Source: Candidatus Saccharimonadota bacterium (lineage in GTDB: Bacteria > Patescibacteriota > Microgenomatia > UBA1406 > GWC2-37-13). From it: 32,000 nt of DNA. Both the position numbers and the translations under genes were made by a program. The notes beneath the pieces are model-generated. The model did not search any database. It saw only the letters and a list, made by a program, of their open reading frames with translations, and was not told where the DNA came from. The stretch is from assembly GCA_016700135.1 (NCBI GenBank), contig CP065004.1:1020001-1052000 (forward strand), given 5' to 3'. Each line of letters begins with the position of its first letter. The first letter of the stretch is position 1. This document shows positions 1-8,003 of the stretch, piece after piece.

Positions 1-183
1 CTCCAAACAGTTGACTGCTTTTGCAACGATGCGGGCAGTTGAGGTTTTGCCCATTCCTTTCGGACCGATAAATAGCAGGGCATGAGGTAAATCTTTTGCG
101 GATAGAAGATTTGTTATTTTCGGTCGTACCTGTGAGTTGTCGAGTTCTGTGATAGTTCGCGGTCGGTATTTGAGATAAAACAT
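1..183 (-). CDS. dnaX: DNA polymerase III subunit gamma/tau, N-terminal part (gene runs off the left edge)
   Basis: Minus-strand ATG at 183-181. Translation MFYLKYRPRTITELDNSQVRPKITNLLSAKDLPHALLFIGPKGMGKTSTARIVAKAVNCLE shows the KYRP...GPxGxGKT clamp-loader N-terminus. Absent from the ORF track because it is open at the window edge. Confidence 0.8.
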   Translation of the reverse strand, partial: MFYLKYRPRTITELDNSQVRPKITNLLSAKDLPHALLFIGPKGMGKTSTARIVAKAVNCLE

Positions 184-192
184 GACAAATTG

Positions 193-268
193 GGTTGTAG
201 GTAGTAGATTGTAGCTTGTAGTAACTGTCAGAATTGTAGTTTTGACTACATCCTACCACCTACGAACC
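193..268 (-). repeat. Long imperfect hairpin between the ybeY-like stop and the dnaX start
   Basis: Arms 193-214 (GGTTGTAGGTAGTAGATTGTAG) and 246-268 (CTACATCCTACCACCTACGAACC) are reverse complements. Exceptions are one bulge, one mismatch and two positions that pair only as G.U in minus-sense RNA. The loop is 31 nt. Confidence 0.45.
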
Positions 269-274
269 ACAAGC

Positions 275-631
275 CTATTTACTGAAAATATTCTGTATTC
301 CGTGTTCGATAAGCTGATGCATCATTGCCTCAACCTTCTTTTCACGTTCTGCCGCAAGAAGAATCGCCTGCGGATAACATATCACCACTTCTCCGATTAT
401 ATTCTCCGTCGTATTTTCGGGATCGTTGATGTAGGCAAACGAAAGGACCGGCAATGCCACATCCTCGTTTTTATACGTGAGTGCGACCTGCTTCATTTTT
501 CTTTTTCCGACAAAAGCAACATTCAGTACGGATGCTGAGTCCACATGATATCTGTCCAGTACTTGCTGGGCAAATGTTTCAATGTTGTTTTTGTTGATTT
601 TGTATCGGGAAGAACTATAAATATTGATCAT
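275..631 (-). CDS. YbeY-like (UPF0054) protein, short form lacking most of the His zinc motif
   Basis: 118-aa ORF. LNVAFVGKRKMKQVALTYKNEDVALPVLSF and GEVVICYPQA resemble the YbeY core. The ORF ends ...LIEHGIQNIFSK, inside the position of the HGxLHLxGxDH motif. Confidence 0.5.
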   Translation of the reverse strand: MINIYSSSRYKINKNNIETFAQQVLDRYHVDSASVLNVAFVGKRKMKQVALTYKNEDVALPVLSFAYINDPENTTENIIGEVVICYPQAILLAAEREKKVEAMMHQLIEHGIQNIFSK

Positions 632-634
632 ATC

Positions 635-817
635 TTAACTCTTTCGATGTCTTTTTTTTGACCGTTCTTTTTCCTGTTCTTTACGTTCCTGAGAAGGTCT
701 CTTATAGTACATTCGTGAGCGCACTTCATCGACGATATCTTCTTGGATAAACATACGGGTGAATTTGCGGAACATACTGTCTTTTGATTCGCCTTTCTTT
801 TTCTTAACTACAACCAT
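635..817 (-). CDS. rpsU: 30S ribosomal protein bS21
   Basis: 60-aa very basic ORF. FRKFTRM...YYKRPSQERKEQEKERSKKRHRK has the S21 pattern. Confidence 0.8.
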   Translation of the reverse strand: MVVVKKKKGESKDSMFRKFTRMFIQEDIVDEVRSRMYYKRPSQERKEQEKERSKKRHRKS

Positions 818-906
818 GGGGAGATACTACACCTCTCTTTCAAAAAAAATGAACAATTAATAATGCCAATAAAAAAACTACCCTATTATGGGTTATGCAT
901 ATTGTA

Positions 907-1743
907 TTACATCTTTTTGAGTATTGCAATCATCTGCTGTACAGTGAGAGAAGAAGGAATGCTGTTTGGATTTTTCGAAGATCCGTTGAGAAGCATATGT
1001 TTCGACGCATGCAGAAACCAAGTTGCTTTTCCGTCGACTTCAAGCATCTTTTCGTAGAGCGATGTAAGGTTGTATTTCGGATCGGGCTGAGTTTTTATCC
1101 TCAGTGTATTATTTTCGGGGTCACGGCGGACAACCATTTCATATCCTTTTTTGAGGGCATATTTGACGGCGGCTTCATTTTTCGTTTCCATGACAAGAGT
1201 TTTCCCCCAAGGGGTTTTCAGTATTACGCCTTCCTTTATCTCTCCTTCCGCTTTCAGATTGTTTTTGACGGTAAACAAAATACTGTCCAGGATGAGCATG
1301 ACCATGCTCATGATTTCATGATCACTGGTCAGTTGGCCGCGGAGCGGATAAATGAACTCATGGAGACAGAACGTATACTTCACATCTGTCGGATCCGGAA
1401 ATCGGACTTCACCGAAATTATCAATCGTCGTCACGAAGTTTGTCATTTGCTCCAGTGCTTCAAGATCCCGTTCTTTTATATAACCTTCTTCAGCAAGATA
1501 ATCAAAGACCCGTTTGGTAGCCGACAGTTCTTCACTGAATTGATGATGGTCAAACCTCCCCAGTCCTGTATCAACATGAATAATATCAGGATTCTCATCA
1601 GGTTTCATGCCCTCATAAGTCTCCCCTGCCGGCACAAATGCATGCTCTGCTTCATCCCATCCCGGTAAATATCTTTTGATGAGCCATGAAGACGTTATGG
1701 CATCTAAATCAGGAGACATATGGGTGACTATAAGTTTAGACAT
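907..1743 (-). CDS. DHH-motif phosphoesterase-like protein
   Basis: 278-aa ORF with THMSPDLDA (DxD), HVDTG and FDHHQ (DHH) motifs in that order. The family call rests on motifs only. Confidence 0.45.
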   Translation of the reverse strand: MSKLIVTHMSPDLDAITSSWLIKRYLPGWDEAEHAFVPAGETYEGMKPDENPDIIHVDTGLGRFDHHQFSEELSATKRVFDYLAEEGYIKERDLEALEQMTNFVTTIDNFGEVRFPDPTDVKYTFCLHEFIYPLRGQLTSDHEIMSMVMLILDSILFTVKNNLKAEGEIKEGVILKTPWGKTLVMETKNEAAVKYALKKGYEMVVRRDPENNTLRIKTQPDPKYNLTSLYEKMLEVDGKATWFLHASKHMLLNGSSKNPNSIPSSLTVQQMIAILKKM

Positions 1744-1877
1744 AATAGGATATCAAATTCTTAATTTTATCTTGTTCGTTACCTTCGCTCCAAACTAATT
1801 TGTTGGCCTTGGCGCGACTTTTTATTGCTGGTAGCATCATGTCGCGAATCGGCACAAATCAATTTGTTCGCTTGGTA

Positions 1878-3131
1878 TTAGGACACCAGGTCCTTCAGCT
1901 GTTTTATGGCATCCGTAACTGAAATGATTTTCGCATCTTTTTCATTCCTCTTTTTCCATTCGATCTTGTCCTCTGTACGTTTTGATATGACAAGCCTCAC
2001 CGGGATACCGATGAGATCTGCATCAGCAAATTTTGCACCTGGTCTGACATCCTCGCGGTCATCAAACAGCACTTCAATTCCCTCATTCTGAAGCTTTTGA
2101 TACAGAGCAAATGCTTTCTCTTTAACTCTTGCATCAGTGAGATCAAGTGTGACCAGATGGACATGATAGGGTGCAACTTGTATCGGCCAAATAATTCCTT
2201 TTTCGTCATGGAATTTCTCGACGAGGACTCCCATTACTCGCGAAGTACCTATACCGTAGCATCCCATATAGACCAGCTTCCGGTCACCGCTTTCATCAGT
2301 GTATGTAAAGTCCAAAGCTTCTGAGAATTTCGTATTCAGCGGAAAAATATTTCCGACCTCCGCAGCTTTTACTATTTCATATTTCGGGTTATCCAAATCC
2401 TTTACCACTTCCTTGTTGTAATATACATCTTCTTCCTTATCGTAATACAATGTATCTTCTCCTGTTTCACAAAGCGTCTGAAACTCGTGTGAGTATTTTT
2501 CGGTAAAATCTCCGCCTGAAGCAAGAGCTATAACAGTTGACTCACCAAGACCCAGTCTTTTAAAAGTATTGATATAGGCAGGTTTTGCTATATTGTCATA
2601 GTAATCCAGTAAATCTTCTTCGGATGTGTGGAAACTATAGAGATCCTTCATTCTGAATTCACGTCCACGTAAAATTCCTGATTTAGCCCGAGGTTCATTT
2701 CGGAATTTCGTCTGAATTTGATAGACAGCGAAAGGCAGCTCCTTGTAGCTTGATGTAAAAAGCTTTGCAAGAGGCGTGACTACTTCCTCGTGAGTTGGGT
2801 TGAGGATATATTCAGCATCATTTCGTTCACGCGATATCTTGTTAGCTCCGTTTACTTTAAAAAGCACATCCACAACCTCAAGACGCTTTGTATCCTCCCA
2901 GAGTTTGGTCGGAACAATAGACGGCATCAGTACTTCCTGGCCGATTTTGTCCATTTCAGACCGTACAATCTGTTCGATCTTGGAAAGAACCTTCATCCCG
3001 AGCGGGAGGTAGCTGTATACGCCGGCCATAGTTTGATGAATAAACCCCCCGTTCTGGAGGTACGTGGCGTTGACCGAATCGTATTCCTTGCCTTGTTTTT
3101 GTGGTTTAGGGAATAGTTTTGAATACAGCAT
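1878..3131 (-). CDS. proS: Prolyl-tRNA synthetase, short bacterial-type form without the INS editing domain
   Basis: Class II aaRS with GVYSYLPLGMKVLSKIEQIVRSEM, NPTHEE, FRNEPRAKSGILRGREF, GCYGIGTSR and a C-terminal anticodon-binding domain. The start is set at ATG 3131 (MLYSKLF), not the ORF-track start at 3155. Confidence 0.9.
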   Translation of the reverse strand: MLYSKLFPKPQKQGKEYDSVNATYLQNGGFIHQTMAGVYSYLPLGMKVLSKIEQIVRSEMDKIGQEVLMPSIVPTKLWEDTKRLEVVDVLFKVNGANKISRERNDAEYILNPTHEEVVTPLAKLFTSSYKELPFAVYQIQTKFRNEPRAKSGILRGREFRMKDLYSFHTSEEDLLDYYDNIAKPAYINTFKRLGLGESTVIALASGGDFTEKYSHEFQTLCETGEDTLYYDKEEDVYYNKEVVKDLDNPKYEIVKAAEVGNIFPLNTKFSEALDFTYTDESGDRKLVYMGCYGIGTSRVMGVLVEKFHDEKGIIWPIQVAPYHVHLVTLDLTDARVKEKAFALYQKLQNEGIEVLFDDREDVRPGAKFADADLIGIPVRLVISKRTEDKIEWKKRNEKDAKIISVTDAIKQLKDLVS

Positions 3132-3137
3132 GCAGTT

Positions 3138-3146
3138 ATTATAGCA
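3138..3146 (-). promoter_or_regulatory. Extended -10 promoter TGcTATAAT, 6 nt upstream of the proS ATG (leaderless-type)
   Basis: Minus strand reads TTTGCTATAATAACTGCATG. The 6-nt gap places +1 on the A of the ATG. Confidence 0.45.
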
Positions 3147-3182
3147 AAGGCTCAATAGGTTGTAGCTGGTAGATTGTACAAA

Positions 3183-3452
3183 CTAGACTTCTTCCTCCCG
3201 GACGACGGTGATGGTGTATTCTTTTGCTAAAACCAGTAGAGTTGCAAGGATCGCAAGAGGTGCTGATATAAGTGCTCCGATGATACCGAACGTCAACGGA
3301 AAGTCAAATATCTTTTTTCCTTTCTCGTCTTTAATGGTAATTTTTCGGATATTTCCCTGATGAATAAGATCCTTTACTGTTTCGACAACCAGTTCTCCGG
3401 TAACTTTTACCGTTTCCGTGACCTGTTTTTTTGTTGTTTTTTTCTTCGGCAT
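3183..3452 (-). CDS. DUF4342-like small protein
   Basis: MPKKKTTKKQ...GELVVETVKDLIHQGNIRKITIKDEKGKKIFDFPLTFGIIGALISAPLAILATL fits the DUF4342 pattern. The ATG lies 1 nt after the stop of the upstream gene. Confidence 0.55.
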   Translation of the reverse strand: MPKKKTTKKQVTETVKVTGELVVETVKDLIHQGNIRKITIKDEKGKKIFDFPLTFGIIGALISAPLAILATLLVLAKEYTITVVREEEV

Positions 3453-3453
3453 A

Positions 3454-4008
3454 TTATTTGTCCTTTCTGTTGATATATCCCAGTTTGTCGAGCACTTTCC
3501 CGACTGTTTCATTCGGTCCTGACGAATACGTGTCAATAATCACGTGATAGTATTCAGGACTAAAAAAATTATAATCCCCGTAAATGCGTTTCCATTCCTT
3601 AAAATTCCCTTCTTCTCGCTCTCTGATATACTGTTTAGCCTGTTCAATCGTGACATTGTCTCGGTTTGCGACACGGTCAATCCGTAAAGCATCGTTGTTA
3701 CATGTCAGAAGAATCCTGAGTGTATCTTTGCGATCCCGTGCCATAAAACCGGCGAGCCAGGCTTCAATAGCGATATTTCCTTTTTCAAGCAGATTTTTAG
3801 TCCTGTCATCGAGCTGGTGATGAAATTCGTCAGGAGCAAGACTTGCCAAAGGCTGTACGTATTCCTTTGCAAAATCCCGAAGAAGTTGACCTCCAGATGT
3901 GAAGGTCCATCCCAACGGTTCAAGATACGGTTTCAGAGCATTGTGCAAGGTATTTTTTCCTACTGCAACGCCTCCTGAAATGGTTATATTTCGATATTTA
4001 AGGTTCAT
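3454..4008 (-). CDS. P-loop kinase, cytidylate-kinase-like family
   Basis: Walker A ISGGVAVGKNT lies near the N-terminus when the start is taken at MNLKYRNITISGG (ATG 4008). Small nucleotide-kinase size. Confidence 0.5.
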   Translation of the reverse strand: MNLKYRNITISGGVAVGKNTLHNALKPYLEPLGWTFTSGGQLLRDFAKEYVQPLASLAPDEFHHQLDDRTKNLLEKGNIAIEAWLAGFMARDRKDTLRILLTCNNDALRIDRVANRDNVTIEQAKQYIREREEGNFKEWKRIYGDYNFFSPEYYHVIIDTYSSGPNETVGKVLDKLGYINRKDK

Positions 4009-4015
4009 AAAAAAG

Positions 4016-4021
4016 ATTATA
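4016..4021 (-). promoter_or_regulatory. -10 hexamer TATAAT, 7 nt upstream of the kinase ATG (leaderless-type)
   Basis: Minus strand reads AAAGGAGTATAATCTTTTTTATG in the 28-nt gap after the rseP stop. Confidence 0.35.
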
Positions 4022-4036
4022 CTCCTTTGTCGGAAA

Positions 4037-5116
4037 TTATCCCCAGAATTTTTGGATATCAAAAATCGTAATCAGAAGACTGAGACCGAGAAGTATGATG
4101 ATACCGATCAGATTCAAATATTTTTCCAGATTCTGATTTGATTTTCTTCCCGTTACCCATTCGTACAGAACGAATACCAGTCTTCCGCCGTCGAGTGCAG
4201 GGAACGGCAGAATATTGATCACGGCTAAATTTAATGATAAAAGTGCAGTAATCTGGAGCAGTGCATTTATGCCATACTGACGTGCTTCACCAACGACTTT
4301 TGCAATGCCAATCGGACCGGAGAATTCGACATCAGGAGCTGTCTTCGAGATCAGTGAAGCCGGAATTTTCAACAGTTCCACCGTAATCATTTTCGTCATG
4401 CTGGCAGCTTCAATAAGTCCGTAATAAGGTGCCGTGTACCAAGGGTATTTCTTGGTTTCTACAAGCTGAGTGATAACAACTCCCATGGTTCCCTGACCTT
4501 TCGGGGGATTTTTGCGGGGAACAATAAAGACGGTTTCCTGTTCTCCTTTTCGTTCCACCGTAACTTCGACCGTATCGCCGGCATATTTATTGGCATTATT
4601 GATTAGGTCGCCGGTCAAAACAATGTCTTTTTTTGTATCATTATGTTTTATGCTCACAAAACGGTCACCTTTCTGCAGTCCGGCTTCCATGGCCGGACTA
4701 TTGGGTTGGACTTCCTCAATCGCGACACCTGTCGGTGAAGGAATACCGCTTGTCAGAAGATAGGAAATGAGTGCCCATCCCAAAAGGAAATTCATGATTA
4801 CACCGGCCGTAATGATGATCGTTTTCTGCCAGGGTTTTTTGTTTACAAATGCCCGGTTTTTCGGGATTTTTTTGTCCTCCACTTTCTCCGTCGATTCGTG
4901 ATACTCCTCTCCGAATAATTTTACGAATCCGCCGATCGGGAGCAAATTGATACTGTAAAGAGTCTCTCCGATTTTTTTACCAATCACGCGGGGCGGAAAT
5001 CCGAAACCGAATTCTTCAACATAAACACCGGTTTTTTTTGCTGCATAATAATGTCCGAACTCATGAATCAGGACAAGAACAACGAGGATAACAATAAAGG
5101 TTAAAGCGGTAAGCAT
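4037..5116 (-). CDS. rseP: Site-2 (RIP) zinc metalloprotease RseP, M50 family
   Basis: HEFGHYYAA (HExxH), a PDZ-like middle region and the LNLAVINILPFPALDGG motif. Multiple hydrophobic segments. Confidence 0.9.
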   Translation of the reverse strand: MLTALTFIVILVVLVLIHEFGHYYAAKKTGVYVEEFGFGFPPRVIGKKIGETLYSINLLPIGGFVKLFGEEYHESTEKVEDKKIPKNRAFVNKKPWQKTIIITAGVIMNFLLGWALISYLLTSGIPSPTGVAIEEVQPNSPAMEAGLQKGDRFVSIKHNDTKKDIVLTGDLINNANKYAGDTVEVTVERKGEQETVFIVPRKNPPKGQGTMGVVITQLVETKKYPWYTAPYYGLIEAASMTKMITVELLKIPASLISKTAPDVEFSGPIGIAKVVGEARQYGINALLQITALLSLNLAVINILPFPALDGGRLVFVLYEWVTGRKSNQNLEKYLNLIGIIILLGLSLLITIFDIQKFWG

Positions 5117-5156
5117 AGTATATTAGGTAAATTACGACACGGACAATGAGAGCACG

Positions 5157-5717
5157 TTAGACTGCCATGATCTCCTGTTCTTTCTTTTCTTTGACGGTTT
5201 GAAGTTCTTCGTTCGATTTTGCAGTTTCAGCGTCAATATCTTTTTCCAATCGGTATTTGTCATCTTCAGTGAGCTCCTTTATATCAAACATGGCTTTAAT
5301 ATCTTTACGGATGCTTTCACGTTCCCGTCTGATTGCATTTTTCGTATCTTCAATCATCTGAGACACGAGTTTCATATATTTCATTCTCTGTTCTTCAGAA
5401 AGTGCCGGTACGCGGACTGTGATCCGGTTGCCTTCCGTTTTAGGGGTGATTCCCAGGGGAGATGCCAGGATTGCTTTTTCAATATCCTGTACTGTCGACG
5501 GATCAAAGGGCATGATGATGATTGCATCGGTGCCTTCAGTGGTCAGTGATGCCAGTTCCTGGAGTTTCATTTTCATGGATCCTCCGTATGCTTCTACAGG
5601 CAGTCCCTCGACCATTCCTGTGTGAGCACGTCCGGTACGGATACCGCGAAGTTCATCACGAAGTTTTTGAATGTGTTTCTGAATGTTGGTTTTGAATTCT
5701 TGCGTAAAATCGTTCAT
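5157..5717 (-). CDS. frr: Ribosome recycling factor
   Basis: LRGIRTGRAHTGMVEGLPVEAYGG...RVPALSEEQR is a typical RRF. The start is set at ATG 5717 (MNDFTQEF). Confidence 0.9.
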   Translation of the reverse strand: MNDFTQEFKTNIQKHIQKLRDELRGIRTGRAHTGMVEGLPVEAYGGSMKMKLQELASLTTEGTDAIIIMPFDPSTVQDIEKAILASPLGITPKTEGNRITVRVPALSEEQRMKYMKLVSQMIEDTKNAIRRERESIRKDIKAMFDIKELTEDDKYRLEKDIDAETAKSNEELQTVKEKKEQEIMAV

Positions 5718-5724
5718 GGAACTA

Positions 5725-5730
5725 ATTATA
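5725..5730 (-). promoter_or_regulatory. -10 hexamer TATAAT, 7 nt upstream of the frr ATG (leaderless-type)
   Basis: Minus strand reads TTGTGTATAATTAGTTCCATG. Confidence 0.4.
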
Positions 5731-5791
5731 CACAATAAGCCCCTGAAAAAGAGACGGAGTTATGAGATATTTGAATTCAGATTGAAGAGAA

Positions 5792-6247
5792 TTACTCGCC
5801 CAGTTCCCATCGCTGAAATCGTGCGATACGGATGTTTTCACCGAATTTGAGGATTGCTTCCTTTATCATGTCATCGACGGTTTTTCCCGCTTCACGGATG
5901 TAGTCCTGCTTCAGAAGTTCTTCAACGTCTTTTGCGGGAACTGAAGCAACCTGCATGGCAAGTTCGCTCCCGAGTTTTTTGAAGTCATCATTCCCCGATA
6001 CGAAATCTGTTTCACAACCGAGCTCAAGCATTGCAGCAACAAGATGATTGTGATGGACGTATGAATAAATTCCTCCTGCTTTGATTTCGCGGTCTGATTT
6101 ACCTTCCGCTTTTTTGATTCCCCACTCTTTCAACTTTGCTTTTGCCTTTTCCATATCGTTATCCATTTCTTCCAGTGCTTTTTTGCACAGTGAAAAAGAA
6201 ACTTTTGTATCGGCACGAAGTTGTTTGAGTTTTTGATAATCAATCAT
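5792..6247 (-). CDS. tsf: Elongation factor Ts, very short form (151 aa)
   Basis: N-terminal UBA-like LKQLRADTKVSFSLCKKALEEMDNDMEKAKAKLKEWG, then LELGCETDFVSGNDDFKKLGSELAMQVAS. Sits in the rpsB-tsf context. Confidence 0.85.
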   Translation of the reverse strand: MIDYQKLKQLRADTKVSFSLCKKALEEMDNDMEKAKAKLKEWGIKKAEGKSDREIKAGGIYSYVHHNHLVAAMLELGCETDFVSGNDDFKKLGSELAMQVASVPAKDVEELLKQDYIREAGKTVDDMIKEAILKFGENIRIARFQRWELGE

Positions 6248-6277
6248 GGGAAAAAGGAAAATGTAATATAAAACGGG

Positions 6278-7012
6278 TTATTTACTCTTGATTTCTTTAC
6301 TTTCTTTGCTTTCCGCTTTCTCGACCGATGAGACATAGGCATCAAGCATGCTTTTGAGTAAATATTCGACGACTTCAGCTGCATCGTCATTTGCAAGCAC
6401 CGGATAGTTGATGTCTTCCGGATTGGAGTTGGTATCAACGATAGCGACAACGGGAATGTTGTACATCTGTGCTTCTTTTACTGCATTTTTTTCTTTCTTT
6501 GTGTCGACGATAAGAATAATATCAGGTCGGACATTCAGATTTGCGAAACCTCCGTAGAGTTTTTCCAGTTTGGAAATTTGTTTTTGCATCTGTGTTTTTT
6601 CATGCTTGACGAGTTTAGTTGTTCCGTCTTCACCTGCGACCTGTGCTTTGAAGTCACTCAGCTTTTTGACGTTCTGCATGATGGTCTTGAAGTTGGTGAG
6701 AAGTCCCGGAAGCCATTTTGTTGCGACGAACGGAACATTGTTGGCTGCACAGTATTCTCTTAAAAATGATGCTGCGGTCTTTTTGGTACCGACAACGAGA
6801 ATGGTTTTATTTTCTTTAGCTGCGTTTGAAAGATATTTTTTTGCTTTTTCAAGCTGCTCTACTGTAGTTGTGAGATCAATGACGGTTGTACCGTTGATGA
6901 TCTGGTAGACATTTTTTTTAGCTTTCGGATGAAGTCTGCTTTTTTTATGACCCAGATGTGCTCCGAGTTCAAATAACTTTTCGACTTCCTTGAGTTGTGT
7001 TTGGTTCATCAT
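6278..7012 (-). CDS. rpsB: 30S ribosomal protein uS2
   Basis: LFELGAHLGHKKSRLHPKAKKNVY...ILVVGTKK...IILIVDTKKEKNAVKEA...IPVVAIVDTNSNP. Confidence 0.95.
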   Translation of the reverse strand: MMNQTQLKEVEKLFELGAHLGHKKSRLHPKAKKNVYQIINGTTVIDLTTTVEQLEKAKKYLSNAAKENKTILVVGTKKTAASFLREYCAANNVPFVATKWLPGLLTNFKTIMQNVKKLSDFKAQVAGEDGTTKLVKHEKTQMQKQISKLEKLYGGFANLNVRPDIILIVDTKKEKNAVKEAQMYNIPVVAIVDTNSNPEDINYPVLANDDAAEVVEYLLKSMLDAYVSSVEKAESKESKEIKSK

Positions 7013-7020
7013 AAGCCTTT

Positions 7021-7048
7021 ATTGTAGCATATATTACCTGGATTGCAA
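7021..7048 (-). promoter_or_regulatory. rpsB promoter: TTGCAA -35, 16-nt spacer, extended -10 TGcTACAAT
   Basis: Minus strand reads TTGCAATCCAGGTAATATATGCTACAATAAAGGCTTATG. The -10 ends 8 nt before the ATG. Confidence 0.5.
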
Positions 7049-7061
7049 CATTTTTATTGAC

Positions 7062-7093
7062 ATAAAAACTATACCTTTCTCCAGGAAGAAAGG
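7062..7093 (-). terminator. Intrinsic terminator after galU
   Basis: Minus-sense CCTTTCT-TCCTGG-AGAAAGG (7-bp stem, 7093-7074) is followed by TATAGTTTTTATG. Confidence 0.5.
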
Positions 7094-7114
7094 GACGGGT
7101 TTTGGAGGGTTGTC

Positions 7115-8002
7115 TTAAGTAATAATTGACTTAAGGTAATCTCTGAACTCCCCGTTTAATTCCGGATGACGGAGGGCAAAATCAACAACGGTTTTGAGAT
7201 ACTGCATTTTGTTGCCCGTATCATAGTACTTTCCGTTTTTGATCTCGATCGCATAAATCTTTTTACTGTCTGAAAGCATTTTCTTCAGTGCATCATTGTA
7301 GTACAGCTCTTCTCCTTCCTTCAGTGACTCCAAAGCGCTTTCCAGATAGTTGAAAATATCAGGTGTAAAAATAAAGCCTGATACGTTTGCCAGATTGGAA
7401 GGAGCATTGTCTTTACCCGGTTTTTCAATGATCTCAGAAACGTCCATGACGCCTTCTTCGACTTCGGTGCCTCCGGTGAATCCGTATCGGTCATAATCCT
7501 CATCCTGAGTGACACGGACACTGGCAAGACAGGTGGACTGATATTTGTTGAAAGCTTCGATCAGCTGCTTGAATCGTGAGGGTGATGCAGAAATAAAGTC
7601 GTCACTCCACGTGTAGATAAACGGTTCGTTGCCGACAATATGCCGGACATTCAGAAGCGGAGTACCGTTTCCGTAGGGTCCTTTTTGTCGGACATAAATA
7701 AAATTGGCCAGATCACTGATAGCCTGTACTTCATCAAGATAGTGTTTTTTCTTTTCTCCACCGAGTTTCAGATTTTCAATAAGTTCACGGCTCGGGATAT
7801 CGAAATGATCTTCGATCGTGCGTTTGTGGTATCCGGTGACGATAATAATATCAGTAATGCCTGCTTCGACAAGTTCTTCTACCACGTATTGTATGACAGG
7901 TTTGTCAACAATCGGCAGCATTTCTTTCGGCATCGCTTTTGTCTGCGGTAGAAAACGTGTACCGAAACCTGCTGCAGGAATAACTGCTTTTGTGATTTTC
8001 AT
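7115..8002 (-). CDS. galU: UTP--glucose-1-phosphate uridylyltransferase
   Basis: KAVIPAAGFGTRFLPQTKAMPKEMLPIVDKPVIQYVVEE. The start is set at ATG 8002 (MKITKAV); the ORF-track start is an upstream TTG. Confidence 0.9.
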   Translation of the reverse strand: MKITKAVIPAAGFGTRFLPQTKAMPKEMLPIVDKPVIQYVVEELVEAGITDIIIVTGYHKRTIEDHFDIPSRELIENLKLGGEKKKHYLDEVQAISDLANFIYVRQKGPYGNGTPLLNVRHIVGNEPFIYTWSDDFISASPSRFKQLIEAFNKYQSTCLASVRVTQDEDYDRYGFTGGTEVEEGVMDVSEIIEKPGKDNAPSNLANVSGFIFTPDIFNYLESALESLKEGEELYYNDALKKMLSDSKKIYAIEIKNGKYYDTGNKMQYLKTVVDFALRHPELNGEFRDYLKSIIT

Positions 8003-8003
8003 A

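Noticed and set aside
1795-1871. Repeated 10-mer AATTTGTTSG (1799-1808 and 1862-1871, plus 20231-20240) as a possible regulatory motif
   Set aside because: There are only three copies of a short AT-rich word in AT-rich spacers, and I cannot distinguish this from chance without genome-wide statistics.
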